Virus record (IMG/VR): IMGVR_UViG_3300042204_000022
Source of the DNA: a virus
Lineage: Duplodnaviria > Heunggongvirae > Uroviricota > Caudoviricetes
Direction: 5' to 3' (one strand)
Length of the DNA: 24,259 nucleotides
The notes under the pieces are model-generated. The model was not told where the DNA came from. It did not search any database and saw only the letters and a program-made list of their open reading frames with translations. The number at the start of each line of letters is the position of its first letter. Position 1 is the stretch's first letter. This document shows, piece by piece, positions 23,286 to 24,259 of the stretch. The translations under genes and the position numbers were made by a program.

Positions 23286-23410
23286 ACGAAAATCCATATC
23301 AAAATTAACCATACAACAACCCACATCAGTTTACTAAACGCCGAAGAACGGTTCGCTTCACGTCGTCTGATGTCGTCGTTATCTCTGTGCCAAGGTAGAT
23401 AGTAATCCAT
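23282..23410 (-). CDS. 42-aa single-TM peptide MDYYLPWHRDNDDIRRREANRSSAFSKLMWVVVWLILIWIFV
   Basis: Manual translation; near-consensus promoter 6 nt upstream. Confidence 0.6.
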   Translation of the reverse strand: MDYYLPWHRDNDDIRRREANRSSAFSKLMWVVVWLILIWIFV

Positions 23411-23416
23411 AACAGC

Positions 23417-23445
23417 ATTGTACCAAAGATTTTAATTCTTGTCAA
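23417..23445 (-). promoter_or_regulatory. Sigma70 promoter TTGACA-17-(TGG)TACAAT, 6 nt before ATG 23410 (leaderless)
   Basis: -35 at 23440-23445, -10 at 23417-23422. Confidence 0.78.
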
Positions 23446-23493
23446 CTGAATTTGGGGAGGAAAAAATTTTTAGACATAAGCATTATTAAGCAC

Positions 23494-23522
23494 TAGCATT
23501 TTCGCGGACACACTGTTATACT
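23494..23522 (+). promoter_or_regulatory. Probable sigma70 promoter TAGCAT-17-(TGT)TATACT
   Basis: Ends 9 nt before ATG 23532. Confidence 0.5.
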
Positions 23523-23531
23523 AAATACAGT

Positions 23532-23819
23532 ATGAGAAAGTATACAGACGATCAATTCTTACTTAACTGCTTTGACATTATTATCCATAAGCAGAACAAC
23601 CTACAAGCACAACTAACAGGTGATCTGTCCTACTTGTTTCGTGACGGGTTCGAAGAGAAGATTGACGAAGGTATGTTATCTCCCTTTCTACTTGACCTTG
23701 CTGATCGCTGCGGGTATGTACTCGTAGACGGTATGTGGGGCGATAAGAAAGCTATAGAAGAACAAAAACGTAAAGAAGCTAATATAAGCTTGTTAGACAT
23801 GCTAGATGGTCAGTCATAA
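23532..23819 (+). CDS. Hypothetical protein
   Basis: ORF with an upstream promoter. Confidence 0.65.
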   Translation: MRKYTDDQFLLNCFDIIIHKQNNLQAQLTGDLSYLFRDGFEEKIDEGMLSPFLLDLADRCGYVLVDGMWGDKKAIEEQKRKEANISLLDMLDGQS

Positions 23820-24027
23820 AGAATCCCGCAGGTGGTCGAGAATAGGTGTTCTCGGCAGAATCAAAGCTCTCATTCAGTCCGATACAGGAGACACTAGACA
23901 AGAGCTTATTAAACGTGAGCACGATAAAGACATAGAAGATGCTATACGCTCAATCACAGTCGAAGCTAGACCGCTCACACCCGAAGAGAAGAAGATACTC
24001 AGTGATAACCTGTTCGAGCTGTTGTAA
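23806..24027 (+). CDS. Hypothetical protein
   Basis: Overlaps the end of the upstream ORF. Confidence 0.6.
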   Translation: MVSHKESRRWSRIGVLGRIKALIQSDTGDTRQELIKREHDKDIEDAIRSITVEARPLTPEEKKILSDNLFELL

Positions 24028-24182
24028 GCCTTACATAGTTACTTGAGGAAAAAATTTGTGGAGGGTTGCTAGAGCCCACCCAGCCACCAAAGATGAACAC
24101 GTTTCACACTTTTTGTCAAATGTCAATAGCAATATTAGGACATCAATCATATTTAATTGCAAATGTCAAGGGGGTTATGCCT

Positions 24183-24253
24183 ACGCTATATATAGGGGGT
24201 CGGGGGGTATATATAAGGTATGAGCACGCTATATATAGTGTCACGCTATATAT
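24183..24253 (+). repeat. Three direct copies of ACGCTATATAT around G-tracts
   Basis: Copies at 24183-24193, 24226-24236 and 24243-24253. Confidence 0.8.
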
Positions 24254-24259
24254 GGTGTA

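Noticed and set aside
1-24259. tRNA, rRNA, lysis, terminase or integrase genes
   Set aside because: No supporting sequence recognised.

Overview
This is a 24.3-kb fragment of a siphovirus-type tailed phage or prophage. Most structural genes are on the minus strand: portal fused to a MuF-like domain, a protease-scaffold-major capsid polyprotein, neck genes, major tail protein, two chaperones, tape measure protein, Dit-like and hub proteins, and small tail-tip proteins. An island of small accessory genes sits between the portal and capsid genes. No terminase, integrase, lysis gene or recombinase is recognisable. The main result is at 121-4582, which reads as a shufflon-like multiple-inversion system for a receptor-binding/tail-fibre protein. 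One short constant 5' exon with its own promoter (2604-2741) lies in the middle of nine start-less variable C-terminal cassettes on both strands. Each cassette begins in frame at the core TTGCAGA followed by a 12-bp conserved arm. The first 127 bp of the window are an exact inverted copy of 4576-4702 ending at the last base of the core, as expected if two inversion isomers coexist in the reads. Five accessory genes have sigma70 promoters placed for leaderless translation. All domain calls are by motif recognition, not database search.
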